Part shown: positions 40,420 through 48,703 of the stretch, piece by piece
Numbering within the stretch: position 1 is the stretch's first letter
Layout of the letters: the number at the start of each line of letters is the position of its first letter
From: a virus
Direction: 5' to 3' (one strand)
Length of the DNA: 53,846 bases
IMG/VR virus record: IMGVR_UViG_3300000558_000007
Notes under the pieces: generated by a model
The model's input: the letters and a program-made list of their open reading frames with translations, nothing else
Told to the model about the DNA's origin: nothing
The model's database searches: none
Position numbers and translations under genes: made by a program

Positions 40420-40642
40420 CGCTTACCTCAAGCATCTTTGGTGCCCGCTTTGTCATACCTGTGTTTATTGTCGTGTGGGCTTTCAATGCCAGGGCCGCGT
40501 TATTGATGATCTGTGTTGAGATGCCGCACATGGCCGCGGCACGGGTAATTTCTGTGTTTAGCTCATCGCCGGTCAAAGATTTGCTTAATCTGTCAAGCTG
40601 GCTGAAGAGATGTTCGTTCAGATCTGTTAATTTGTTCGACAT
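40412..40642 (-). CDS. Hypothetical protein (76 aa)
   Basis: I prefer the internal ATG (MSNKLTDLNEHL...) because ggaggt lies 7 nt upstream. Confidence 0.45.
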   Translation of the reverse strand: MSNKLTDLNEHLFSQLDRLSKSLTGDELNTEITRAAAMCGISTQIINNAALALKAHTTINTGMTKRAPKMLEVSDE

Positions 40643-40767
40643 ATTTACCTCCATTTTTTTGTTTCGGCCCTGGACACTGCCGGGGCTTGGTATAAAGTTT
40701 CTACATGTTTTGCACGGCAGTTTTCCTGAGCCGGCGGCGTCCGTGCAAGCTTTAAATTTTATGCATG

Positions 40768-40968
40768 TCACAGGTTAACTCCTACGGTTTTTATTAAGCC
40801 TGTTTCTTTGTCCAGAACTGCCACGCCCCACCGGTTTTGATACCTCACAATAGCTTTGATAACGTCTCCACAATCACGACGGATAAAGCAGTCTCGATTG
40901 TTACTGATGATTGCCAGGCGCATTTTCTCAATGTCGTAAGGATCCGGTTGCCCTGTGCCACCTTTCAC
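40768..40968 (-). CDS. Hypothetical protein (66 aa; start uncertain)
   Basis: ORF only. Start could be GTG at 40968 or ATG at 40923. Confidence 0.3.
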   Translation of the reverse strand: MKGGTGQPDPYDIEKMRLAIISNNRDCFIRRDCGDVIKAIVRYQNRWGVAVLDKETGLIKTVGVNL

Positions 40969-41013
40969 GGATTCTTAAAGAGCAGTGCATTTTAATCGCA
41001 GCGGAGTGTGTAG

Positions 41014-41418
41014 TCATGACGCCACCCATTTTTGATAACGTTCCCACGCGGCACAATGGTCAGGCTCGTCCGGGTATGCATCAAGGCACGCCTGGGCGCA
41101 ATAAATGACGGGGTCAATGATGTCTTGTCGGCCCGGCTTTACCTTTGCGTATATATCAGTCAATCCGGCAATGAGCATTGAAAGTATCTCAGGAGGCTCC
41201 AACGGGCTGTGTAACATCACACCGACAGCATTAATTATCTGCCGAGTTTTTGACGATGATAACGCCGGGTATGGATATTTACCTGTTGCTTCGTAGCCTG
41301 CATTGTAAAGCGATTCTCCAAGCGCTTTCAGCGTCTTTGACTCATCCACGGTTTGGATTTTTTTGCCAACGGCTGCCGATAGGGATAACGTTGCAAAAAC
41401 CTTCGTTGATGGGTTCAC
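41014..41418 (-). CDS. Hypothetical protein (134 aa)
   Basis: GTG start with ggagg 10 nt upstream. Lies 2 nt after the stop of the repeat protein. Confidence 0.45.
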   Translation of the reverse strand: MNPSTKVFATLSLSAAVGKKIQTVDESKTLKALGESLYNAGYEATGKYPYPALSSSKTRQIINAVGVMLHSPLEPPEILSMLIAGLTDIYAKVKPGRQDIIDPVIYCAQACLDAYPDEPDHCAAWERYQKWVAS

Positions 41419-41420
41419 AA

Positions 41421-42344
41421 TTATACAACCTCCACAAATTCACCGTTTTTTAATTTATAGAAAACGTCAGCTTTTAAAATTTTTCCATCAACGAACCCGG
41501 ATTTTACGCACAAAGGGACAAGCCTTTTTTTCTCTGCGCTGTACTCCCATTCAGCAAGAGTGATCCAATTTCCTACACTGGATTTAATTTTCGAGTTCAC
41601 GCCTGTCGCTGCACAAACACTATCATGCCCGCCAACAGTTATCTCGGCAGAATCACCTGCCGAACCGATCTTGGCATAATTACCTGCCGAACCGATCTTG
41701 GCATCATTGCCTGCCGAACCGATCCTGGCATAATTACCTGCAGAACCTATATTAGCATCATTGCCTGCAGAACCGATCTTGGCATTTCTCCCAGAAGAAC
41801 CGATTTGGGCATATTGCCCGGCAGAGCCGATCTTAACATAGTCCCCTACTGAACCGATTTGGGCCTCTGTCCCAACCGAACTGATCTGGGCATCGTCCCC
41901 TGCAGAACCGATTTGGGCATATCGCCCGGCAGAGCCGATCTGGGCATAGTCCTCTACTGAACCGATTTGGGCAGCGTGACAGCTATTATTATTGTAAGAA
42001 AAATTTGATTTGCATTCATCAATGAAATAGTAGGCAAGTTCTTTAACGAAGCCGCTCAAACCCATTCTCATACCGATTTCTATTTTTGTTGTAACGTGCT
42101 TTGAGTCGCCGGTTTTATTATCACTTATGGCTGTAGATAACGCTTTGACTTTGCAAAATTCTGAGTCATGGATGGAATAATAATTTAAAACATCGAATGG
42201 ATTTGTGCAGAAGTGAAAACCTGATTCACATATAATTGCTTCCTTTTCTTCAAAAATTGTATTCTCTTTAAATTGAAACCCTTTGCAGGTAAGGCCTTTA
42301 TTGAAGGCTTTATAGCCTTCTACCGGTGTATTTTCACTTGTCAT
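41421..42344 (-). CDS. Repeat protein: conserved N-terminal domain plus ~13 nonapeptide (A.IGSAG..) repeats
   Basis: Start MTSENTPVEGYKAFNKGLTCKGFQF...SGFHFCTNPFDVLNYY has gaggagg upstream. Repeats follow: AQIGSAGRY AQIGSAGDD AQISSVGTE ... AKIGSAGNY AKIGSAGDS. Confidence 0.6.
   Translation of the reverse strand: MTSENTPVEGYKAFNKGLTCKGFQFKENTIFEEKEAIICESGFHFCTNPFDVLNYYSIHDSEFCKVKALSTAISDNKTGDSKHVTTKIEIGMRMGLSGFVKELAYYFIDECKSNFSYNNNSCHAAQIGSVEDYAQIGSAGRYAQIGSAGDDAQISSVGTEAQIGSVGDYVKIGSAGQYAQIGSSGRNAKIGSAGNDANIGSAGNYARIGSAGNDAKIGSAGNYAKIGSAGDSAEITVGGHDSVCAATGVNSKIKSSVGNWITLAEWEYSAEKKRLVPLCVKSGFVDGKILKADVFYKLKNGEFVEVV
41634..41984. repeat. 13 tandem 27-bp repeats (coding)
   Basis: Units verified in register at 41661, 41688, 41715 ... 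41958 (cgaaccgatcttggcataattacctgc and variants). Confidence 0.9.
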
Positions 42345-42455
42345 GTCTCTTTTAAACCTCCTCTTAAAGTTGTTTGTTACATTGAGGCACTTTATCAGTA
42401 TGCACAATAGCTTGTCAATAGAAAAAATAAACATAAAATAAAGAAAAAATAATGC

Positions 42456-42484
42456 TTGACTAAAGAAAATAGAAAGTTTATGGT
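42456..42484 (+). promoter_or_regulatory. Sigma70-like early promoter (TTGACT-17-TATGGT)
   Basis: Read directly. Lies ~30 nt upstream of the Cro-like gene, in a 170-nt divergent AT-rich region. Confidence 0.45.
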
Positions 42485-42516
42485 AGTATAAAGTTTATAA
42501 AAAATGAGGATTAAAA

Positions 42517-42729
42517 ATGAAGAACCTACAGAAAGAAATGAAGTTGAAAGGCATGAAATATTCCGATCTTGCCGATGCCATAGGGGTATCGGTAATGACA
42601 ATTAACGGATGGATAGCTGGCATTTTCAAACCAAGCCCCAAAAGCGTTAAAAAACTTTTGGAGTTGGGTTTTTCTGAGGACGCTTGTTTGCGCCCGGCTG
42701 ACGAATCAGATAAATCAAAGGAGGATTAA
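42517..42729 (+). CDS. XRE/Cro-type HTH regulator
   Basis: 70 aa. MKYSDLADAIGVSVMTINGWIAGIFKPSPKSVKKL. Confidence 0.7.
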   Translation: MKNLQKEMKLKGMKYSDLADAIGVSVMTINGWIAGIFKPSPKSVKKLLELGFSEDACLRPADESDKSKED

Positions 42730-42944
42730 TGGGAGAATACGATGTAACCTGGGCGCAGGTGTCTAAATTGCCTTTCTCATTAAAAAGAGAAAGGATTATA
42801 TCAAAAATAACTGCATTTTTGATGGCTTGTTTTTGCTGCATGGGATTATTGACAGCTTATGCTGACATGCCTGTTTATGTGTTGCTCCTTGGCTTAAGCC
42901 TTGCGTCGCTGGCTTGCGCTGAATTAATAAGGAGGGCAAAGTGA
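42729..42944 (+). CDS. Small two-TM membrane protein
   Basis: 71 aa. Segments ITAFLMACFCCMGLLTAYA and VYVLLLGLSLASLACAEL. Confidence 0.45.
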   Translation: MGEYDVTWAQVSKLPFSLKRERIISKITAFLMACFCCMGLLTAYADMPVYVLLLGLSLASLACAELIRRAK

Positions 42945-43213
42945 ATATAGCTATGTTCCAGATACAGAACAAAAAAAATGTTCCAAATATGGAACCAGGC
43001 AAAATAGATTCCTTTTGGCACCATGCCGTACTGGAAAAAACGTATAAGAGAGATCATAAGCGGAACGCGCTTAAGCGTTGCAAATATGACCTTGTTTTTG
43101 GCCGTGGGATATTCCGGGCAAGGAGAATATACAAAGACACCCGGACCGGAGAACGCCGGGAGACAATCGAACTTTACGACAACGGGTTTAACACTGAGAT
43201 AAAGGAGGATTAA
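42941..43213 (+). CDS. Hypothetical basic protein (90 aa)
   Basis: GTG start with aaggaggg 5 nt upstream. Overlaps the upstream stop. Confidence 0.4.
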   Translation: MNIAMFQIQNKKNVPNMEPGKIDSFWHHAVLEKTYKRDHKRNALKRCKYDLVFGRGIFRARRIYKDTRTGERRETIELYDNGFNTEIKED

Positions 43214-45144
43214 TGAAAACTGTTGTAATCAATAAAATGAGGCTTAAAAACTTCAAAGGGGTGCAGGACTTCAACCTTGAGCCAAACGGCCAGAGTATCA
43301 GCATTTTCGGAAAGAATGCATCAGGCAAGACAACCATTCAAGATGCCTTTTTTTGGGTTCTCTTTGGAAAAGACTCCAAAGACCGGGCAGACTTTCAGAT
43401 CAAGCCTGTTGACGCATCAGGGGACGAAATCCACAACCTTGAAACAGAGGTAGAAGCCGTGCTTGATGTTGACGGTAAAGCCGTCACACTCATGAAGCTT
43501 TATAAAGAAAAGTGGACAAAATCAACTGGCAAGGCCACCCGTGAGTTTTCCGGGCACACAACCGAGCATTTTGTTGACGGCGTCTGGGTCAAGAAAAAAG
43601 ATTATGATCAACGCATTTGCGAGCTCATAGACATCAACTCATTTAAGCTTGTCACCAACCCGTTTGAATTTGCAAACATCCCATGGCAGGCCAGGCGCAA
43701 GATGCTGCTTGAAATGTGCGGGGATGTGTCAGACCAGGACGTGGTGGCGTCTGATGCCGAACTCTCCCCGCTTGCGTCAATACTTGACGGCTTGTCAGTT
43801 GATGACCACCGAGACAAGGTAAAAGCTCAGCAGAAAAAGATCAATGAAAAATTGAAAGAAATTCCTGCGCGTATCGCTGAGAACCAGGAGATGGCCAAGG
43901 ATGCCACGGCACCGGATCAGAAAGAAAAAGCCATGCTGGATAAAAACCTGACGGATCTCCAGGACAGGCTTGCAAGAGAACGTAATAACGAAACTTTATC
44001 AGCAAAACGGATTGAGCTCAACGAAGTCATTGCAGCAATCCAGCAGGAACAGGCCAGGGTTGATAAGATTAATAGGGAAGGCGAAAAGCCTATACGTGAT
44101 GTTATTTTCGCTCTCGAAGAAGAAAAGCGCCATAAAACATACAAAATTGAAGAATTAAAAGAAAACGTCATCAGGGATAAAAAGCGTAACTCAAATAGCC
44201 TGGAAGCAATTGAAAATGTACGCGCCAGATGGCATGAAGAAAATTCAAAAAAACCAACAAACAATACTACTACCTGCCCAACATGCGGGCAAGAGATGCC
44301 ACAGGATCAGGTCGAAGCCGCAACCAAGGCTTTCAATAGTTCCAAGGCCCAGCGCCTTGAAAAAATTAATGCTGAAGGCAAGCAGCTTAAATCGGGGATT
44401 GATGCCAGGGTAAAAGCAATAGAGGATGAACAATTCAAAATTGAAGAAATGTTGGAGAAGGTTGAAGAAATTGAAGAAAAACTTTGTTTTAAAAAAACAG
44501 AGCTTGATGGCATCGGATCGGCTAAACCTGACACTGAAGGCCTTGAACAGAAAAAGGCAGGGATTGAAAATGAAATCGCCACAATCAAGAACGGTTCCGG
44601 CATCAGTGAACGCTACCTTTCCGAGAATATCCAAAAAGTCAGAGAAAAACTTGATATCCTGGCAAAAGCCAAGGCTGATTACAAAGCATCCGAAACGGCT
44701 AGGGCCAGAATTGTTGAACTTAAGCAGCAGGAAAAGGCCCTGTCGGCTAAATATGAAGAACTCGCAAAAGAACTATATCTCACTGACAAGTTCATTGTCC
44801 GCAAAGTTGAGATGCTGGAAGGGGCTATAAACTCTCGTTTTAAGCTGGCAAGGTTCAAGCTGTTTGAACAGCAAATCAATGGGTCCATAAACCAGTGCTG
44901 CGAAATACTATACAACGGTGTGCCGTTTGAGAGAGGGTTGAACAATGCAGCACGAATAAATGTAGGTATCGATATTATCGATACGCTGTCCGACTTTTTC
45001 GGATTCAAAGGGCCTATTTTTGTTGACAACGCAGAGTCAGTTAACAATATTTTAGACACGCCTTCCCAGGTCATCGGGCTTTATGTGTCAGATTACGAAA
45101 AATTAATTATCAAGGATAAAAACAACATGGAGGTAACAGCATGA
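43213..45144 (+). CDS. Rad50/SbcC-like coiled-coil ATPase with a CxxC hook
   Basis: 643 aa. Walker A GKNASGKTT, a long coiled-coil interrupted by TTCPTCGQEMP (44274-44285), and a C-terminal PIFVDNAES Walker B/D-loop. Confidence 0.75.
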   Translation: MKTVVINKMRLKNFKGVQDFNLEPNGQSISIFGKNASGKTTIQDAFFWVLFGKDSKDRADFQIKPVDASGDEIHNLETEVEAVLDVDGKAVTLMKLYKEKWTKSTGKATREFSGHTTEHFVDGVWVKKKDYDQRICELIDINSFKLVTNPFEFANIPWQARRKMLLEMCGDVSDQDVVASDAELSPLASILDGLSVDDHRDKVKAQQKKINEKLKEIPARIAENQEMAKDATAPDQKEKAMLDKNLTDLQDRLARERNNETLSAKRIELNEVIAAIQQEQARVDKINREGEKPIRDVIFALEEEKRHKTYKIEELKENVIRDKKRNSNSLEAIENVRARWHEENSKKPTNNTTTCPTCGQEMPQDQVEAATKAFNSSKAQRLEKINAEGKQLKSGIDARVKAIEDEQFKIEEMLEKVEEIEEKLCFKKTELDGIGSAKPDTEGLEQKKAGIENEIATIKNGSGISERYLSENIQKVREKLDILAKAKADYKASETARARIVELKQQEKALSAKYEELAKELYLTDKFIVRKVEMLEGAINSRFKLARFKLFEQQINGSINQCCEILYNGVPFERGLNNAARINVGIDIIDTLSDFFGFKGPIFVDNAESVNNILDTPSQVIGLYVSDYEKLIIKDKNNMEVTA

Positions 45145-45977
45145 GCAACAGTCTACCAGCGATACGAAAGGTAATTACAGGCGCAGGTATGCAGGCAATG
45201 ATTCAGCAGCGCATCGGGGAGAAGGCCGGAGTTTTTACAACTTCGCTTTTGGACCTCATCGGGGATAACACTGCCCTTCAAAAATGCGATATTAATCTGG
45301 TGGTAAAGGAGGCCATCAAAGCCCCGGCCCTGGACCTGCCGATCAACAATAACCTGGGATTTGCATATATCATTCCTTACGGCAATAAGCCGCAGTTTAT
45401 CATGGGATATAAAGGCTTCGTGCAACTTGCTATCCGTACCGGCCAGTATAAGCACCTAAACGCAGACGCAATTTTTGAAGGTGAGGAAATCATCGTTGAC
45501 AAAATCCGTGGAACAATTGAGTTGACAGGCAAGGCAACGTCTGAAAATGTCGTCGGGTACTTTGCATATATAGAGCTTATAAACGGATTTGAGAAGGCTA
45601 TTTTCTGGACCAAAGAGCAGGTCACGGCGCATGGCAAGAAATTTTCCAAGACGTTCAGCAATGGCCCATGGAAGTCAGACTTCAACGCCATGGCAAAAAA
45701 GACGATTCTTAAAAGTCTGATCAGCAAATACGGCCCGCTTTCAATAGACATGACAAACGCATTGAGTTCTGACTCTTCAGATTTCAGGAGCCATGACGCT
45801 ATGGCCCAAGATGAGATCGAAACCAACGCAAACCAGGAGTATATCGACATCACCCCGCGCCCGGCCCAAATGGATGAGCCCGGACCGGACGGCATGACCG
45901 GTGCGGATAAGGCAGAAACATTGGTACAGGACCGTGCCGAGGCTGAGACAAAAATGCAGGATGGACCTGATTTCTAA
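45141..45977 (+). CDS. recT: RecT-family single-strand annealing recombinase
   Basis: 278 aa. LGFAYIIPYGNKPQFIMGYKGFVQLAIRTGQYK...GYFAYIEL...GPWKSDFNAMAKKTILKSLISKYGPLS. Confidence 0.8.
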   Translation: MSNSLPAIRKVITGAGMQAMIQQRIGEKAGVFTTSLLDLIGDNTALQKCDINLVVKEAIKAPALDLPINNNLGFAYIIPYGNKPQFIMGYKGFVQLAIRTGQYKHLNADAIFEGEEIIVDKIRGTIELTGKATSENVVGYFAYIELINGFEKAIFWTKEQVTAHGKKFSKTFSNGPWKSDFNAMAKKTILKSLISKYGPLSIDMTNALSSDSSDFRSHDAMAQDEIETNANQEYIDITPRPAQMDEPGPDGMTGADKAETLVQDRAEAETKMQDGPDF

Positions 45978-46001
45978 TTAAACAACAAAAAGGAATTTAT
46001 C

Positions 46002-46181
46002 ATGACAGAATTTAATGAAGTATCAGTGGTTGAACTTAGAACAAAAATAGAAGCAACATTTCGTGAATTCATGCTTGACTCTGCAAAGCCTAAAGTCAAG
46101 GCAGCAGCCCGGCGGGCAAGAAAAATAACGTCAGAGCTTGAAAAAATGCTGAAAGAATACAGGAAGATCAGCATCAAGTGA
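46002..46181 (+). CDS. Small basic protein resembling the histone-H1-like Hc1 N-terminal domain (59 aa; below ORF-track cut-off)
   Basis: My translation: MTEFNEVSVVELRTKIEATFREFMLDSAKPKVKAAARRARKITSELEKMLKEYRKISIK. The KAAA.R.R......LEK..K.YRK.SIK pattern matches chlamydial Hc1, from memory. Confidence 0.45.
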   Translation: MTEFNEVSVVELRTKIEATFREFMLDSAKPKVKAAARRARKITSELEKMLKEYRKISIK

Positions 46182-46879
46182 TCGAAATCACCACAATAGC
46201 ATCCGGGTCTTCAGGAAATTGCTACCGCATCACAGATGGAAAGAGCGTCCTTATGATAGACGCTGGTATACGTTTTCAGGAGATCCGGAAGGCTTTTGAT
46301 TTCAAACTTTCCGGTGTTTCCGGTTGTCTGCTTGATCACGAACACGGTGACCATTCCAAGGCCATAAAAGATGTTCTTGCGGCAGGCATTGACTGTTATA
46401 TGAGCGCCGGCACTGCCAAAGCGTTGGAGTTATCCGGACACCGGTTACACACAGTCCCTGCCCTGGAACAATTCCGGGTGGGGACGTTCACCGTCTTGCC
46501 GTTTCCGGTTCAGCACGATGCCCAGGAGCCATTCGGTTTTTTGATACAGTCGGATGCCGGGGACAAGCTGCTTTTCATCACTGACAGCTATTATTGTAAA
46601 TACCGTTTTTCTGGGCTGACGCATATCATGATAGAGGCTAATTACCAAAAGTCGATCCTGGATGAAAATATAGCGTCTGGTGTTGTTCCGGCAGCGATCA
46701 GGGCCAGGATTATCAAGAGCCATTTTGAAATTGAAAATGTAAAAGCGTTCCTGGCAGCATGTGATTTATCCCAATGCCGTGAGCTACATTTGATACATAT
46801 ATCAAGCACAAGCGGCGATCCGGTAGGGTTTGTTGAAGAAATCCAGGGCTTGACAGGTATACCTACAATTGCAGAATAA
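46178..46879 (+). CDS. Metallo-beta-lactamase-fold hydrolase (probable nuclease partner of RecT)
   Basis: 233 aa, GTG start overlapping the upstream stop. HxHxDH motif LDHEHGDHS. Confidence 0.75.
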   Translation: MIEITTIASGSSGNCYRITDGKSVLMIDAGIRFQEIRKAFDFKLSGVSGCLLDHEHGDHSKAIKDVLAAGIDCYMSAGTAKALELSGHRLHTVPALEQFRVGTFTVLPFPVQHDAQEPFGFLIQSDAGDKLLFITDSYYCKYRFSGLTHIMIEANYQKSILDENIASGVVPAAIRARIIKSHFEIENVKAFLAACDLSQCRELHLIHISSTSGDPVGFVEEIQGLTGIPTIAE

Positions 46880-47013
46880 AACATGCGTTGCATGAACCAG
46901 CTCGCCAACGCGCTGGCCGGACCTCCTCAAAAAATACCGGGGAACGCGCCTGCCGATTCGGTTCTTAAAAAGGCGCGGGTTGGATTAAAAAAAAATGAAA
47001 TGACGATACCTAT

Positions 47014-47037
47014 GTTCCCGAAACAGATTTCGGGAAC
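47014..47037 (+). other. Strong hairpin in the MBL-downstream gap
   Basis: gttcccgaaa-caga-tttcgggaac: perfect 10-bp stem with a tetraloop, followed by gtttc. Confidence 0.55.
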
Positions 47038-47073
47038 GTTTCACAGAGAATGGAATGGAAAGGAGAAATTTAA

Positions 47074-47259
47074 ATGGCAGGGATAGATTATCTATCATGC
47101 GCAGGATGCGGCAAGCGTCTTGCATACGACGGAGAATTTGAGTTTAGACACGGGTTGAAATCAAATGGGAACACGGTTGGTGTTACGTGTGATCATTGCG
47201 TTAAAAAGCTAAAAAATAAGATTCTTGATCTGCAAAAACACGATAGGAGACGGCATTGA
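47074..47259 (+). CDS. Small zinc-ribbon protein
   Basis: 61 aa. CAGCG...CDHC. RBS aaaggag. Confidence 0.45.
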   Translation: MAGIDYLSCAGCGKRLAYDGEFEFRHGLKSNGNTVGVTCDHCVKKLKNKILDLQKHDRRRH

Positions 47260-47711
47260 TTTTTATCCCAGGCAACGTGCCAAGCCTTAAAAACTCAAAG
47301 CAAATATCAACCGTGGCCGGCAAGCCAGTCTTGCTATATTCCAAAACAGTTACAAAATACCTTCAAAAATTGGGTATACAGCGGCTTTCGTCTCGTACTG
47401 GTATAACTGGGTACAAAACAAGACAAAACTTGTTTAAACAGACAATTAATGGCTTTTTTGACGATGCGCCGACACCATGCGTATTGGGTTTTAATTTTGT
47501 GCGTGATTCAAAGCGCGTTTTTGATTTCCACAACGCATGCCAAATAATTTGCGATCTGCTCGTAGCCCATGGTGCCATCAAAGACGATGACATTAAGCAT
47601 CTTATCCCCGTCCCGATGATGATCAACGGATCGTGGTATTCAATCTCCAGGGACAACCCTGGAGTTTATCTAAAAATTATAACTGATTACAATTTAAATT
47701 TTGAGGTGTGA
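47256..47711 (+). CDS. RusA-like Holliday junction resolvase (tentative)
   Basis: 151 aa. IPGNVPSLKNSK and DFHNACQIICDLLVAHGAIKDDD resemble RusA signatures. Confidence 0.45.
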   Translation: MIFIPGNVPSLKNSKQISTVAGKPVLLYSKTVTKYLQKLGIQRLSSRTGITGYKTRQNLFKQTINGFFDDAPTPCVLGFNFVRDSKRVFDFHNACQIICDLLVAHGAIKDDDIKHLIPVPMMINGSWYSISRDNPGVYLKIITDYNLNFEV

Positions 47712-47717
47712 AAAACA

Positions 47718-48029
47718 ATGAAGATAGGGTTAAATATCAAGATAGACGTGACGAAACTCGACAAAGCACGGTTTTTCAAGGGCAAAAAAGGAACATATGC
47801 CGACCTAACCTGCTTCATCGACACTGAGAACGTCAGCGAATATGGAGACAATGGAACAGTGAGCCAGGCGATAACCGCTGAAGAGCGACATGACGGGCTT
47901 AAATTGCCTATCCTGGGCAATGCAAAGGTTTTCTACACGGATGCTGGCAATAAGCAGCAAAGCCAGCCAAAACCGAATTATCAGCCTCCTCCGCCGGATG
48001 ACGACAGCTCTTTTGATGTGCCTTTTTGA
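47718..48029 (+). CDS. Small ssDNA-binding-like protein with an SSB-type acidic C-terminal tip
   Basis: 103 aa. Pro/Gln-rich linker, then PPPPDDDSSFDVPF (47998-48026). Compare the E. coli SSB tip DDDIPF. Confidence 0.5.
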   Translation: MKIGLNIKIDVTKLDKARFFKGKKGTYADLTCFIDTENVSEYGDNGTVSQAITAEERHDGLKLPILGNAKVFYTDAGNKQQSQPKPNYQPPPPDDDSSFDVPF

Positions 48030-48041
48030 TGATTGAATAAT

Positions 48042-48076
48042 AAAAAGTCAGGGCTTTTGTCTTGACTTTTTATTTT
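48042..48076 (+). terminator. Intrinsic terminator after the recombination operon
   Basis: aaaaagtca pairs with tgacttttt around a 12-nt loop. T-run follows. Confidence 0.55.
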
Positions 48077-48093
48077 GCTTTGGTATATATAAT
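48062..48093 (+). promoter_or_regulatory. Sigma70-like promoter (TTGACT-18-TATATA)
   Basis: The -35 is embedded in the terminator's descending arm. tatatataat lies at 48086-48093. Confidence 0.45.
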
Positions 48094-48126
48094 TACAGTT
48101 TGAAATTAACTATAGGAGGATACAAT

Positions 48127-48324
48127 ATGATTGAAGTAGGAGAGTGGAAAAACAACGGTAAAACAATAGTAGGAAAGAGAAATCAAAACAGAGTAGAAAA
48201 ATGGTTCACTGCAAATCCTGGTATGACAGTTGCTGATTGTGCAAGGGCACTGGGTTTAACTTGGCAGACAGTTAAAAAACATGTCGTAGCTATTAAAAAA
48301 GAGGACTCAAAAAATGCCAAATAA
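48127..48324 (+). CDS. Small HTH protein
   Basis: The ATG has the strong RBS taggagg upstream. GMTVADCARALGLTWQTVKKHV is an HTH. Confidence 0.55.
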   Translation: MIEVGEWKNNGKTIVGKRNQNRVEKWFTANPGMTVADCARALGLTWQTVKKHVVAIKKEDSKNAK

Positions 48325-48634
48325 AGACCCATTAATCCATTTCCCTTTTTATTGCAATGAGTACAGGGACATGCTTGCCAAATATTCTTACGAGGAAAAA
48401 GGGGCATTCGTCGAAGTTCTGGCAACGTTTATTGCGGAGGATGGCGCTATATCAAGAATATCTGAAATGTCAAAATATCGGATGTTTGGCGCTTTTACAG
48501 AATCAGAACAAAGAGCCCTTGATGTTGTATTCAAGGAAGCAATTTCTTTGGGACAAGATATAATAAAAAAACAAAAATTATTGAGAGGGAAAAAGCGAAA
48601 AAAACGGGGCAAAAGGTGGCCGTCCAAAATATAA
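48314..48634 (+). CDS. DUF1376-like replication-associated protein
   Basis: FPFYCNEYRDMLAKYSYEEKGAFVEVL fits the DUF1376 Y..D.......L...E.GAY..LL pattern. Confidence 0.5.
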   Translation: MPNKDPLIHFPFYCNEYRDMLAKYSYEEKGAFVEVLATFIAEDGAISRISEMSKYRMFGAFTESEQRALDVVFKEAISLGQDIIKKQKLLRGKKRKKRGKRWPSKI

Positions 48635-48660
48635 CCAAGCGGATAACCAAGCGGATAACC
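48631..48660. repeat. Tandem 12-mer ataaccaagcgg x2.5 (iteron-like)
   Basis: Read directly, in the gap between the DUF1376-like and initiator-like genes. Confidence 0.8.
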
Positions 48661-48703
48661 TACAGCAAACCGAAACCCAACCTAAATAAAAAAGCATAAA
48701 AAT

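Noticed and set aside
41634-41984. Possible CRISPR array (regular 27-bp periodicity)
   Set aside because: The units are contiguous with no spacers, stay in frame and code a nonapeptide repeat inside a gene with an RBS. No cas genes are present.
46883-47086. 67-aa ORF from the track
   Set aside because: It has no RBS and atypical composition, it contains a perfect 10-bp hairpin, and its 3' end overlaps the RBS and start of the next gene.
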